DNA of 64,000 nucleotides from Iphione sp. A-MEVVRFRX5 (Eukaryota). Every line of letters starts with the position of its first letter. The stretch's first letter is position 1. Shown in pieces: positions 35,251 through 47,361 of the stretch. Below the pieces are notes generated by a model, which worked only from the letters and a program-made list of their open reading frames with translations, was not told where the DNA came from and searched no databases. The position numbers and the translations under genes are program-made. Location: positions 42,656,001-42,720,000 of the forward strand of contig OZ320322.1 of assembly GCA_976226885.1 (NCBI GenBank), in the 5' to 3' direction.

Positions 35251-38200
35251 TACGCAACTCTAACTCATGCGTGACTAGTGCAATACTAACTCCTATAATA
35301 ATGTGCCTGATAAAGATTTTCTATGCAAAAAACAAAGGTGAGTTGATCGTGAACTGCTTACTTGAATTGCAATACTATTGATAGTGACTGAATCTAAAAA
35401 AACGGGCAAGGTACGTTCAATTTGACAACAAGCATCAACGGGCGAATTGTAAGCAAAAAACCTTGTGCTGATGAAGTGGCTCGCACATGTGTGGAACATT
35501 GCTCAGACGGAACTCAATCGAACGATCCGGATTCAGACACCAGTTTATGTCTTCCATAATAACCTATCCATAAAGAGCGATCCCTTATCAGTGTGAAGTC
35601 TTGATTATGACAGTCACCGAGGCATAAGTGTATAGATACGAGGAGGAGAACTTGAATAAAGAGACACTTGTTCTTGGTATACATTGGGAGAACCAGATAC
35701 TTCCATATGGATGGTTTCCTTCTTGACAAAAACACTTCACCTATGATGACATGCTTGCAAAATGTAGGGTGCAAAATAGGGAATATAAGATGAGTTGGAA
35801 TTTGAGGTTCATCCTGAAATCTCTTAGGCGTAATGTCTAAGTGATTGGGAGTACCATATATACATGAAATACCGAACCCAAATAAAATTGTGCCATCAGT
35901 GCTTTTAGAAAATTCATGTCAAAGACGAAGAACATATTGCTCTTGATTTGGAAGTGGTAAAATCAAGGACTTGATGCTTGAGACCTAGAATGGTCGATGA
36001 AGGAAATTAATTTTACAAGTTCTTACTTGCAGGTGATTCTGTGAACATTGTTGAAGAATGGACGCCTCTCGAGTGGTGTAAACACGCTGCAGGAAGGAAT
36101 ATTTTCATTTCAATGTTTGGATAATAATCACAGTCCATATTCTGGTGGGACACCAGCTGAATAGATTTGTTCAACCAAATCATGATTGTTAAAAAAATAG
36201 TAATCTGGGCCGGTCATTTAACTATTCGTTGCCTTTATCGTGAATATCTAATACTAGGAATTGAGATAACCAAGTTAGAGACAGAAGACGAACACTTTCC
36301 TTTGTCTTTGTTGGCACTCCACAGCTGGGCACACACCCAGTTCTTCCAGTTCAGTAGATCTAATCCATCTCATCTGACAGGTTCCTTTAGGCAACAGATA
36401 CTTGACTTCTTTTTCAACCTGATGATCAGTGATGAATACTCACTCTAAGCTAAGTACATACTATTGCTTTATCTGCAGTAATAGGACTTGGCCTTTGGAG
36501 TTATTAGTGATGTACTTTGTTTACAATTCGACAGAGCCATGTCAGAAAGCCTAATTGTGTTCGTTATTTCATGATAATTTGAATTTTTTTCTCTTTTAAT
36601 ATCGTTGCACAATGTTTTGTTCAGTATATGTCATGTTCTACAACTTCAGTCACGATAAACTTTGCATTCAAAAATGGTCAAATTTTAGACATCTCAAATT
36701 TTCTAACTTAAGGAAGGATTCTACAGGTGAAGCTAGAGGCTCTGGGGTCACACTTCGGTTGTTGTGCTAAGCCTGTAAGACAAAATGCACTGAATCGGCA
36801 GATCGTGAGCCCAACATGCGAGAGTAGAATTTGTTCTAAAAACTGACATTCGCCATCTCCCAAGTGGCTATTGATGATACAGTTTGGTAGGATCTTCGAG
36901 CGACATGGATATGGAGTCTAGAATTTCTGTCGTGGCTTGCTGAATTTCAAGTTTTATACATTGTTCATTTGAGAGACCTTAGAAGAGATGACATCAATAT
37001 CTGCGTCTCTGAGCTACATTTCTCGATCTTCTTCAGGGAGCAGTTCAAAGAAGAAAATATAATACTGGAATCCCAAGTGGAGACTATGTACCATACCTGT
37101 TTATATTCTCAGTACGTGCGAGTGGATATAGTAGGCCAACATTTTCACGCAGGCGCAACCCAAAACAGGTGCAATGCTTGGCTTCCGTTGTTTGACGGTT
37201 TGTGTAGGGCTTGTGTGATTTCTGCTCCTGGCGTAAGGGGTGGGCGTGATCGTGGTCGAAGGCTTAGATGTTCATCTGGTAAGACTGATAGCTTTGTTCT
37301 CACATCCAGAATTGCATCTTTCCAGAAACTATCCCCCTTGAAGAATCGTAATACATAAATGCAGTAATGATAACATCATTGCAACGAAATTACGTTTAAG
37401 AGCACGACTGCATGTCTCTTAAAATTTATATGATTAAATCTAATAATGCTGTATTCGCCGCATAAAATGTATGTTTACAAGTTGTCTGCCCAGTGGGCAG
37501 TCAGTCACATAGAAATGGGCGTGCTATAGTATATCAGTATTGCCGATCATCTTGGAAAAAAAACTGTCAGTTGGGAACCAGAGAATAAGTGTCACTCGAC
37601 ACTCTATAGCCAGCATTAGGTTGCAACGAAATTTTAGTCTTCATTTTTTTTTTGTTTTGGTGGGTTTTGTGTTTGTTTCGAGCGAGGGCGCGTCTACTTT
37701 GTTCAGACCCCTGAGCTGGTACCCACGGACAACTATGGCTGATGAGAGTTCACGAAGGTCACCACCGTAATTTGTATGGCCACCATGACTTGATAGCATC
37801 TATCCCTAATCATAATGGGCATTGAAGTCATATAAATCGATGACATTTGCCAAATGCAGTTTGCCTGCTTTGGTTTCAAAACGATTTTGCTTCTAAACTG
37901 GTGTAATACTCTCACATCCCGTACGGACTATAGATAGTATTTTGCTACCAAAGCACGATAGCAATAATGTCGGAGTACAGCACTGTTAGTCATCCATTTA
38001 CATACTATGTTTTTTCCTGTTTATTTAGGGGGAATGATTGCTGAAATTGTGTCATAGATCAGTGTGTCACGACTGTGTAGAATATTTGCATTCGGAGGCA
38101 AAAACCACCCACGGAAAACAAGGCAGATGGTTGCTGTGGGTGTAAATAACAGTGACGTGACTGAACATGAATATTTCGCAGCGAAAGTGGAGCTCTTCAG

Positions 38201-39440
38201 TCTTAAATACACATACATCCATTTTGGACCAGTCGAACACAACCAAAACACGCATAGCCGTTTTCATAGATAATAAGCTTACGTATATCTGAACAGGTAT
38301 GCCACAAATACAGTATCGATGTGACCTAAAAGGTGCGGATTTAGAACATGCCTAGAGCTCTCCCCCCAAACAATGTAATCTTTTGTTCCCTTTTTCTAGT
38401 ACTGATGACGCTATGTCGGGAGGTATTCCTTTGAAAACACACCCAGCCTGGGATGGGGAAATGTGCTCTGCAAACAACCGTTGTAAGGACATCATTCCAA
38501 ATTAACATATGATATAATCAGTATTGTAGTAATCGGAATTACAGCCCCACGGGTGCAGGCATCACGGAGAAGCTAAAAGCCGATGATTTGCATAACCTTG
38601 AGAACTATATAAAAACTGTAGCCAAACTACGCGATGTCATAGGTTGAAAGTCTGCTATTAGTCACAAATCACCAAAGAAATAACATTCTGTTCTATTAGT
38701 GTGATGATAGTTTAGAGGTGGGTCAATTATATTATTAATGTTTATGGAGCTTTTACATAATGGATGAGTAAATATGAATGTCTAAGGTGTAGTCTTTATT
38801 CATCAACGTCTCAGCTCTACGAGTCCACACTCGTTATAACGAATCAGACAGCAGTTCACCTGATTCTTTACCCTTTAACTGAAGGAGATGCAATAACAGG
38901 GCAAATTGTGCTCTGTTGCAATGGGTACCCGGCACATATGATATTTGGGGGAGCACCAATATAAATGTTCTCTTAAGTGAGAGTTACCCTTTGAGAATTT
39001 TCAATCTTCGACTTTGCTTGTATCTCCATTACCAGGATGATGTTTCATCTGTGCTGAAAAGTCGTTCGAAGCAATCATATTCACAAGATGCCGCATGTAA
39101 AGAAAACCCGCAGATATCCATTTCAAATCGATGCATTCAGTCTCAGACAGGGGACGACCTCTTTCCAATCGAAGTATTGTTTTCAAATAATAACCCATCT
39201 GCTATAATACCGAACACAAATTTACCAGATTGAACAGAAATCGTGGCAAAGTTATCAAGTTAAGTCTTTTTTCACAAGAAGAACTATAATTTACATCAAG
39301 GTCGGAGGACCCTGTTACTGTAACAGGCCCTGTTCAACAAAATTTAACCCAAAGAGAATATCTCAAGTTTCATAGTTTACATTTGACATTAGTTCTATAA
39401 ATGTGAACATCTGATCATTGAAGTATAAGTATATAAACAA

Positions 39441-39490
39441 ACTCTGTACGATGGACGGAGAGGACAATAAAGAATCTTGAATTCTTGAAA
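39441..39490 (+). mobile_element. LINE 3'-terminal remnant (hairpin, AATAAA, TCTTGAA tail)
   Basis: CTCTGT-ACGATGG-ACGGAG hairpin (39442-39460), AATAAA (39466-39471), then GAATCTTGAATTCTTGAA. Confidence 0.65.
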
Positions 39491-39889
39491 AATATGCGCA
39501 GCATATCAGTATCTTCTATAATCAAGCTACACCTACAGACCAACATCCCAAAGAATAATCAAAACCGTTGGAAACAGGGCGCTAGCCTTTAACTGCGTCG
39601 CTACGTAAATGTATCTTGGCGTTTTCCTTTACATAATTGAATGTTATTTATTATATACTGTAATAATGCACTTCACCTTTCTAAAGCATTTATACAGCCG
39701 GCCCTTGCCAAGCTGGCTGTTCCGGCATAGGTAATGAGGTCAGGAAGACGAGGTGATTTGGTGGTGACGGCAAGCCACCATAAACTGTGACCTGCTATCC
39801 GTATACATTACACAAAGAAACACAATACGTAGGCGATTGTTGGCAGATGTATTAATATGCGTGTATTATCAATATATTTATCAATATAT

Positions 39890-40940
39890 AATCAACATGG
39901 CTGAATAGAGACGGTCACACGGGCAGCGCGGTCGAGTAAAAAGCGTTGATACAGCTAAAAAAATAACAACCAAACGGGCCGAAAAATCAAACCTGATTGT
40001 GTTTAAGTAGTCGGAGCAGACTCTGAAGCTGAACGAGGGGGGGGGGGAATGAGGACCTAGTAACGCCAGCTCGGTAACCGATGGACATACTCCCAGACTA
40101 TACATAAAGACGGTGTGAACGCGGTGCCGGGGACAGGAGGGAAGTACTATATGCACACCTTTATAGCAGAACGAGTCGGATCAAGAAAAGGCCCACGCCA
40201 CCTGAACAACGAAAGAGGAAGGATCGTAGTTCCTCCAGGGGATGAGTACCGAGTACTCACCTGTCATGCTCCAGCCTGCAAAGAAATTACATCTTTCCAA
40301 GTCCCCCGTTCAGACTTGAACCAACCCAAACACGCCAAGTATAGTTAACAGTATTAATCATAGGGTGGACGGATTGCAAGCTCAGCTAACAAAGTTGAAG
40401 TCAGATATCCAAAACGTCGCAGAATACCTAGATACATTGTACATCAAATATACGGAAAGAGGAAGCAAATGCGGGAATAAGTGACTTGGAAGCAGCGATA
40501 TCGGAGATGAAGAAGAAGAATATCAGTGTACAGGCAGCCCTGGATGGGCGCGCAGGACATTGACTAAATCATGAGCATGAGGTCGAGACACTACGCAATG
40601 CACAGTCAAGACCGGAGAAGCAAAGACGGGCGAAGAACTTGATCATCTCCAGACTACCTCACAGAGAGGGTGAGAATTTAGAACAGGAAATTATTTCACC
40701 CTGCAACCTAATGGAGGTAGTCACACGGTCGGGGGATATCGATCGATCTATCAGCTTGGACAACAGCAGGAAGACAGGATCCAATCTGGTTTTTTTTTGT
40801 AGCTTTCACTCGCACGTCAACGTTCAGAAGCTCTTGAACAAAACATCCAGAATGGGTAACAAGTTAAATATATGAATAGAGGAGGGCCTATCACCCTCTA
40901 AAAGAAATGAAATCCAAGTTACGACAGGAAAGCGAGCTAA
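39890..40940 (+). pseudogene. Decayed LINE 5' region and ORF1 (coiled coil plus L1-type RRM)
   Basis: AACATGGC near 39893; coiled-coil-like LQAQLTKLKSDIQNV and ISDLEAAISEMKKKN; then EKQRRAKNLIISRLPHREGENL..DIDRS..I*IEEGLS, matching the R..NL+I.G+PE..GENL ORF1 RRM pattern. Confidence 0.75.
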
Positions 40941-40943
40941 GGA

Positions 40944-41018
<75 letters not shown>
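40944..41018. repeat. (ATG)25 trinucleotide microsatellite
   Basis: Uninterrupted 75-bp tract. Confidence 0.97.
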
Positions 41019-41020
<2 letters not shown>

Positions 41021-41741
41021 GTCATGTATCTAGTAAAAGGCTTATATTGTCAACTGTTCCCACAACTAATTCTTTATTCAGCAAAGCAAAAATCTTACTC
41101 ATGTCAAAAGTCAACAGCGATGGTAATTGCTTTTTGTGAAATCCTTTAGTGATTTACTTCCATATCTGGCTAACAGTTGATTGTTTTGCGCGTTCTGATC
41201 CCCTTTAGTTTTGAGATCAGAACTCAATACTATTCAAATAAATCCTTACTCCTTAAATCCTTACGTTATGTACTTATTGTTTGGAGTTATCTGATATTTC
41301 CTCATTCGTCAACTCAGTACCAACTCAGTACCATTCTATTGCTATTGATATTCACTTATTGGATAAATTTTGGCCAATAACTGAATTGACCACCCGCCGG
41401 CACCATAGGATAGAGCAAATAAAAAAGGAGGGGTATATGTGTTTATGTAAAAACAAAATATAGGGCGATCCCCATTCAACATGGTATTTTCCTAGATCGA
41501 GTGAAAATCAGTTGAGACTGTATAGATATCAATAATGCATGATAGAAAACGGTATTACATCAGTAACATAAACCGTCCTCCAGATAGGAATGTAAAAACA
41601 GCGGGTGATTTTTGGGAAAACAATTGAAAAAGGTGGAAAATGATATTGTAATTGTCGGTGGGGACTTTAACATAGATATATAGGCTAAATCCTGTAAGGA
41701 CTAGAAGAGACATATCTGATCCTTGGTTTAAGACAGTCCGC

Positions 41742-42485
41742 CCCAGCAAACACACAGCAAATAATGTTTTTACAATGTTTTCACAATGTTTTTAAAAGAT
41801 CTCAAAAAGACTGCAGATAATGCTATGGAATAATGTTTCAACAATGTTTTCGCAATGGTTTTAAAAGATCTCAAAAAGGCTGCAAATAATGTTATGAAAT
41901 AATGTTTTAACAATGTTTTCACAACATTATTAAAAGATCTCAAAAAGGCTGCAGGTAATGTTATGCAATAACATTTTTATCATGTTTTAATAATGTACTT
42001 AAAAGATTTTGAAAAGAAGGTCAGGAGTGGTGGCAATATATTTGCTCAGCTAAGAAAAGGCAGACTCAGTAGCCAAATGGAAAAGAGTGCTGACACCACC
42101 AGTGATGCAGAGGACATGAGTTCAAATCCTAAACAGGGCAATATTTCAGATCATGGAAATCCTAATACACTCCTGTATAAAACGTGAAATTACACATGAA
42201 AGAGTATTCAGGAGAGGATGAAAGTATATGTTAAAAGAAAGTAATTTTTTTGCATTTTGAAATTTAAGGTTTTATAGAAACATTTTGAAAACATTTTCTG
42301 AAAATGTTTTGAAACAGTTTTCTGAAAACATTTTGAAAACATTTTCTAAAACATTTTTGGAAAATGTTTTGAACATGTTTTTAAGACCATTAACCTTAAT
42401 GTTTTTCAAACATTTTAAAAACATTTTCAATATATTCCGGAAAACGTTTTTAAAAAGTTTTTAAAATGTTTTTGTTTTTGCTGGG
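41742..42485. mobile_element. Non-autonomous TIR element (CCCAGCAAA...TTTGCTGGG) with tandem subterminal repeats and an internal tRNA-like cassette; possibly CMC/EnSpm-related
   Basis: Termini CCCAGCAAACAC (41742-) and GTTTTTGCTGGG (-42485). About 3.6 copies of a 69-bp unit on the left; many AAAACATTTT/AAAATGTTTT units at 42276-42470. A box TAGCCAAATGG (42070-42080), B box GAGTTCAAATC (42118-42128). No clear TSD; superfamily assignment is inference. Confidence 0.8.
41761..42015. repeat. 69-bp tandem repeat, about 3.6 copies
   Basis: Unit starts at 41761, 41830, 41899 and 41968; each contains AAAAGATCTCAAAAAG(A/G)CTGCA or a variant. Confidence 0.92.
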
Positions 42486-42739
42486 GTAGTGGATCCAATG
42501 CTTGTACATAAAACCAGTAGCTCTACTATTGACCTGACCTTTAGTATTGTTTGAGAAATACACGTCTTGAACACAACTGTAGAACTGAGAGATCCCAATT
42601 CATAGAATAATACTATACCGTGTGACCATTTGGCTCGCTCAACGGAATATAAGGTAGTCAGGTTATATAGTGGGGGTCTAAAACACAGCATAAATCTATC
42701 CTAAGAAAATGAATCGGGAAAAATCCTACCAATCTAATG

Positions 42740-43530
42740 CTTGCAATTATATTCCTGAATCTTTAGCTAAAATTATAAGTGAGTTGGAAGAAAATAATAG
42801 ATACCGATAAAATATAATTAGGTAGTGGTAAATAAGGATTCATTTAAGTTGATTAAGAAGAAGGACCGGCCCTATTCGAAAATTAAATTAACATGGAGTT
42901 TAGAGGATAAATTAGAATACGTATTATGTAAGCCTAGATTAATTGAACCAAAAAGTCAACATAAGGAAGATCATTTACATCGACTGTGTCTCGAGAATAG
43001 GAAAACTTTAGCAAAATTTTGGAGAGAATTAAAGAAGGTTATAGTCGGTGAAAAAGGACTAAAGAATTTAGTCAAATAAATTGGTTGATGGTAAGTATAA
43101 AGTGGAAGACCAGCATGTACCAGATTCCAAAACGAATTCTTAAGATTCAAAATTCAAGATTCAAAATTTTTTTTTTCTTAATCACCACTGTAAGAATGGG
43201 TTTTTCATAATTGATCATCTTGGAGATATAAATTGCTGGGAATCACAAATGAAACAATACGGTACGCCGACCATATTGTGGTATATAGAAGGCAGTAATG
43301 ATTCGGCTGTACACAAATTTGCTACAAATTTGCCACAAATAATCCCCCCTATCCATGCGTCCAAATAGGACAGATAATAAAAGCATCTACTTCCTCTACC
43401 GAAACTAAATGTAGAGGTGTTTAGGCGATCATCAATTTGTAACAATATTGGTATGTGGAACAATTTGCCATCAAATATTATTGAGGTAGGCCAGGTTGAA
43501 AGTTTGATGCGGTGTTGACGGAAAGCTGGA
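42740..43530 (+). mobile_element. Old, internally deleted LINE ORF2 remnant
   Basis: ORF 42825-43079 resembles the EN-RT linker (LIKKKDRPYSKIKLT..DKLEY, NRKTLAKFWRELKK). At about 43390-43525 the frame reads LPLPKLNVEVFRRSSICNNIGMWNNLPSNII (ORF2 C-terminus). The RT core is missing. A short opposite-strand TTTGAA-type tail sits at about 43140-43180. Confidence 0.7.
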
Positions 43531-46500
43531 AAGTTCACTAAATAACGTACTGAATTCCCATGAAATCTTAGACAAGTGAAATGGCATCTGGTGAGGTTAG
43601 AATAAAGTTAAAGGTAATAGTAGCAGTGAACCTCGGTTGGGGTCCGCTTGATGCAGTTATTAAAGTCAGGGGTATAGTTTGTAGGATTGTTGGTGAAACT
43701 TGGTGGATCTCAGTTCAGGTCACACACAAAGCTCAGATATGGTAAACGGTAATGTCAGGTTAGGCGGAAGTAAACGTAAAGATAAAGGTAGAGATGAATC
43801 TCAGTTGAGATCCACTAGAAATAATCAACCTCAGAAGTGTAATGACATAGTACATGTACATTCATGCATGTATAGGTAAATTGATGGAATATTTCTGTTC
43901 AGGTCATACATATATGCATATGGATATTTATGTTCGCTGTAGGATGAGATAAATACAACTCTTCACCTGCTCAAGGGTCTGGAGCCAATTACTATACGTA
44001 ACTAACAACTTCAGAAATAAAAGCATTCCTTTCCATTAAGGCTTCATGCAATAACATGGCAAAGGTGCTCACAGGAGTGCAGCGACATGTCCCGAAGGAG
44101 AAGGAGATGACAAAACCTTTCCTTCAGGAGTAGTTGACACTTTCTAAGATGTATCGTAGATCGACGGCGATGACGTTCAGGAAAATATTGGAGGCGGGTG
44201 TCAGCTCTACACGAAGCTCCCGGACAGGACATGACACAGCCATATACACATAGGTCGGATATTTCCTTTTATTTGACAAACCTGACATTGCGGTTGGAGG
44301 TTAGGAAGGTCCAATTTCTTAATCGGAAGAGCCTGTAATAGGTTTGCAATGGCAAACTTATGACAAGTCAAGTTTATTTTCTTTTTAATTTAGTGTAGCT
44401 TTTTAGTGGATGTAACACCAGGTATGTGCTCAGGTTCTCCACTGTTCGGAGACAAAACATCCCTACCTTGGTCTGCTAACAAATGTTTCCAACAGCCTCA
44501 TATTCCAAACATTTGGCTTAAATAGTTGAAGGTATCCTCCACTGTATCTTGCTCACTGTGTATTTCTACTAAAGTGAACCATGGTCGAGTAGTCTTTAAA
44601 ATCTTCACGTCATCCTTTATGCTAAAACCGAGTGGCTATTTTCACAAGCCCGATGATTTATGAAGTATAATATCTGGCCCGACGCCGCCTAATGAGACAG
44701 ATTAGGAGCCGAACCTTCGGTGAGGATCCGCTGAGGCAGCTAAGGACTAGACAGGAGAGACGAGCAAATGAGCCCTTGGAGGGCCGCACTTGATCCTGAA
44801 GCACAATTTATACCTGATCTATTCAATTAAATTCATGGACAAGGTAAAAATAGAAGTTGACGAGAAGAAGGAGACGAGCAAGGAGAAGTTGAAATCGTTT
44901 GTATGGTCACCAGGCGTGGCTGTCATGATGACCGTGGACGGTGAGGAAAACTCCTGATGCGTTCTTGAATCGCAGGGCCACTTGAAACTGTCAATAGGTT
45001 ACCCAAGGCAGACTCTACAGCTTAACGTTTTGTACAGCTCTAAGAGACGAGGGGCAAAAACTCCTCGGTATTTTCAAGGAACCAAGCAGAGATACTGTAC
45101 ACGGCACGCTACTTAACCTTCAAAAATTGGCAGCATTAGCTTTGTAGACACTAGATTCCCAACGCGCACCAAGAAAAATGTGGCTTCTACAGTGCATAAT
45201 ATATAAAGAATTGGTATTCTGCTCACGGAATGTCTGTAAAATAAAAAAGTGGTTTTATAAGGTGATAAATAACACTGGCCCAGCATCCCTCTCTTTGTGT
45301 TCGTGAGATGCGTATCGCCTTCTTCCCACCAATACACTATTATAGATATTTAAATTTATCACATATCTCCATAAGTCTATGTGTTTAAAGTGCCTATGAC
45401 TTTTCGCTTCTTTAATCTGGAACGCATTTTCATAGAAATAACCACCTTGTATATTTTCAATGATCCTCAGGGTTTATGTGTTAATTGTTTGACCTTGCAT
45501 GTTACTAAGCTTCAGAGTGATATTGATTCACATTTAAATTGTACTGACTCGCCAGTTACTGACGTATTTCTACGTTTACAGTAGTACTTTTGACTCTGAT
45601 GCTCATAGCCCATCTAGCGCTGGGGTATACCTGATCGATTAGCTGCTATATCTTGATTGCCCTAATATATTTACACTAGGAGCGGCCCCCTGTAACTAAT
45701 GAACTGAGTGATTATCTTATTAAAACTCTATTTCTCAGGTAATGATTGCCTGTTGACTTGATTAAAAAAAGGTGTGAAACGTTATCAAAATCATTCACGC
45801 TGTTAATTAGGAAACAATGGATAAGTCAATTAGTGATTTGACATGTTTCAACACATGTCTCTTTGACTTTGACTATCTGATCTCCCCATCGCCACTATTT
45901 TTATAGGCATGGACAGCATTAAAGCCTTACCTATGGGCCCTACTTAAAGAACAAATCGTGTCGGATCTACCGCAGTCTTTCGCTATTCGACGCACATAAA
46001 AATACGAACATCTTAGTAGTAATATAAAATGATATAACGAAAATGACCTACCATTTTACAGAGTTAAAACCTATTTCCTTTGATGCATGTGTCTTGACCG
46101 TAACATGATTCAATCAAGACATCCCCGTGTGCTTGGAGGCGTGATATGTCCGATCTGGATGCGCTTTCCTGGGTTCAATCTAAGGCATTTTATCATCTGA
46201 CAAAGCCAACAGCACCTCTCTTACGGCGTGGTAGCCCAGGCGGCAGGACAACAAAATTAGGCTCACATCCCTACCTGATAAACGAAGCCGGTCGGCGAAG
46301 CGGGGCCGCCGGAGGAAGCTAACCGAATTGGTCAGTAATTCAAGTATGCCGCGGCCCTTGAGAGAGGGATGTGTTTAAGAGAATGTGCATGGGTGTGCGT
46401 GTGTGTGTAATGTGTGTGGAAAGGAGCGAGATGGGGATCCTAGCAAGGTCAATCAACTGCTTTATCTGACATTCCCACACACAAACGGCTGCATTTTCTG

Positions 46501-47361
46501 TAGTCCTCCCCCAGCCCTAAACCCCCTCCCCCTGCGCCCGCATCTCCACCAGCATACCTATGGCTGATTTTTCTATCACTGGCAAGCTCATAATGCTGGG
46601 TTTCAACTACTGACATACACACGGCCATCATACCTACAACTTCTACATACACACCTGCTGTGTCTATCATTTACACACAACCTTTTACCCTGCTAGCCTT
46701 AACACCTACCATTCCCTGAACAACAACCAGTTGCTTTATCTAAAATTTCAATTTACATTTTACTTTATTCGCCACTCCTTCAAAACACACAAAGCCACCT
46801 AATCGAACGCTTATGTACCACATGTTGACACACATAATCTACAATTCCAGAAGAAATTCAGAATGCGTATCGATCACCAAGGCGTCGTGTATCAAACGTC
46901 ATTCAAGCTATAGAAACCGCCTCTGCGAGTCCCACTTGCAGAACAGAATTTAAGGTAAGCGGCCTGGCATTAACAGTGAATATAGTGAATTTTAAGGATA
47001 TTTTGTTGACTCTATTTCTAAAGTCACGGGCGAAGAAATCACAGAAGTGTATTTGTAAATGGGAGGGTTGTCATACGTCCGATGCTGTCAGCTGCACTAC
47101 GAGAGCGTAGGTAGCAGAGAAGAAAAATATTACTTTTCACGATTTAAGCACACTAAATCAGTGAAATTAGTAGTTGTATCTACCACTCGCATACATATTT
47201 CCTGATCTTCCACTCCAATACAAACATCGTCACTTTATCTACCACAATCACATACCACAGCTTTTAGACGTACCGCATAGATGAAAGAATGACTGCACTA
47301 TTAGGAAACCCCAAGGAAGATGGGAATGACTGCTTTATAAGGAACCCCAAAGACCCACATG

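Larger units (their letters stand above)
32066..35260 (+). mobile_element. PIF/Harbinger DNA transposon, right end missing
   Basis: Left end near GACCAGGCGCCGGCTGCTGTAAT after TTA (32063-32065). Subterminal perfect palindromes CGACTTAGCGCTAAGTCG (32101-32118) and CTTAAGTCGACTTAAG (32185-32200). HARBI1-like transposase on +, acidic partner-gene fragments on -. No matching right TIR found. Confidence 0.85.

Noticed and set aside
38760-39240. Overlapping short ORFs on both strands
   Set aside because: No consistent strand or motif support.
39695-39710. TACAGCCGGCCCT as the missing Harbinger right TIR
   Set aside because: Only a partial match to the left end, with no subterminal palindrome array and no TWA target duplication.
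40907-41149. 80-aa ORF with a poly-Asp run
   Set aside because: Artefact of the (ATG)n microsatellite; the flanks have no protein-like features.
41761-42015. Regularly spaced 69-bp repeats as a CRISPR-like array
   Set aside because: Whole units are homologous (no unique spacers) and lie inside a TIR element.
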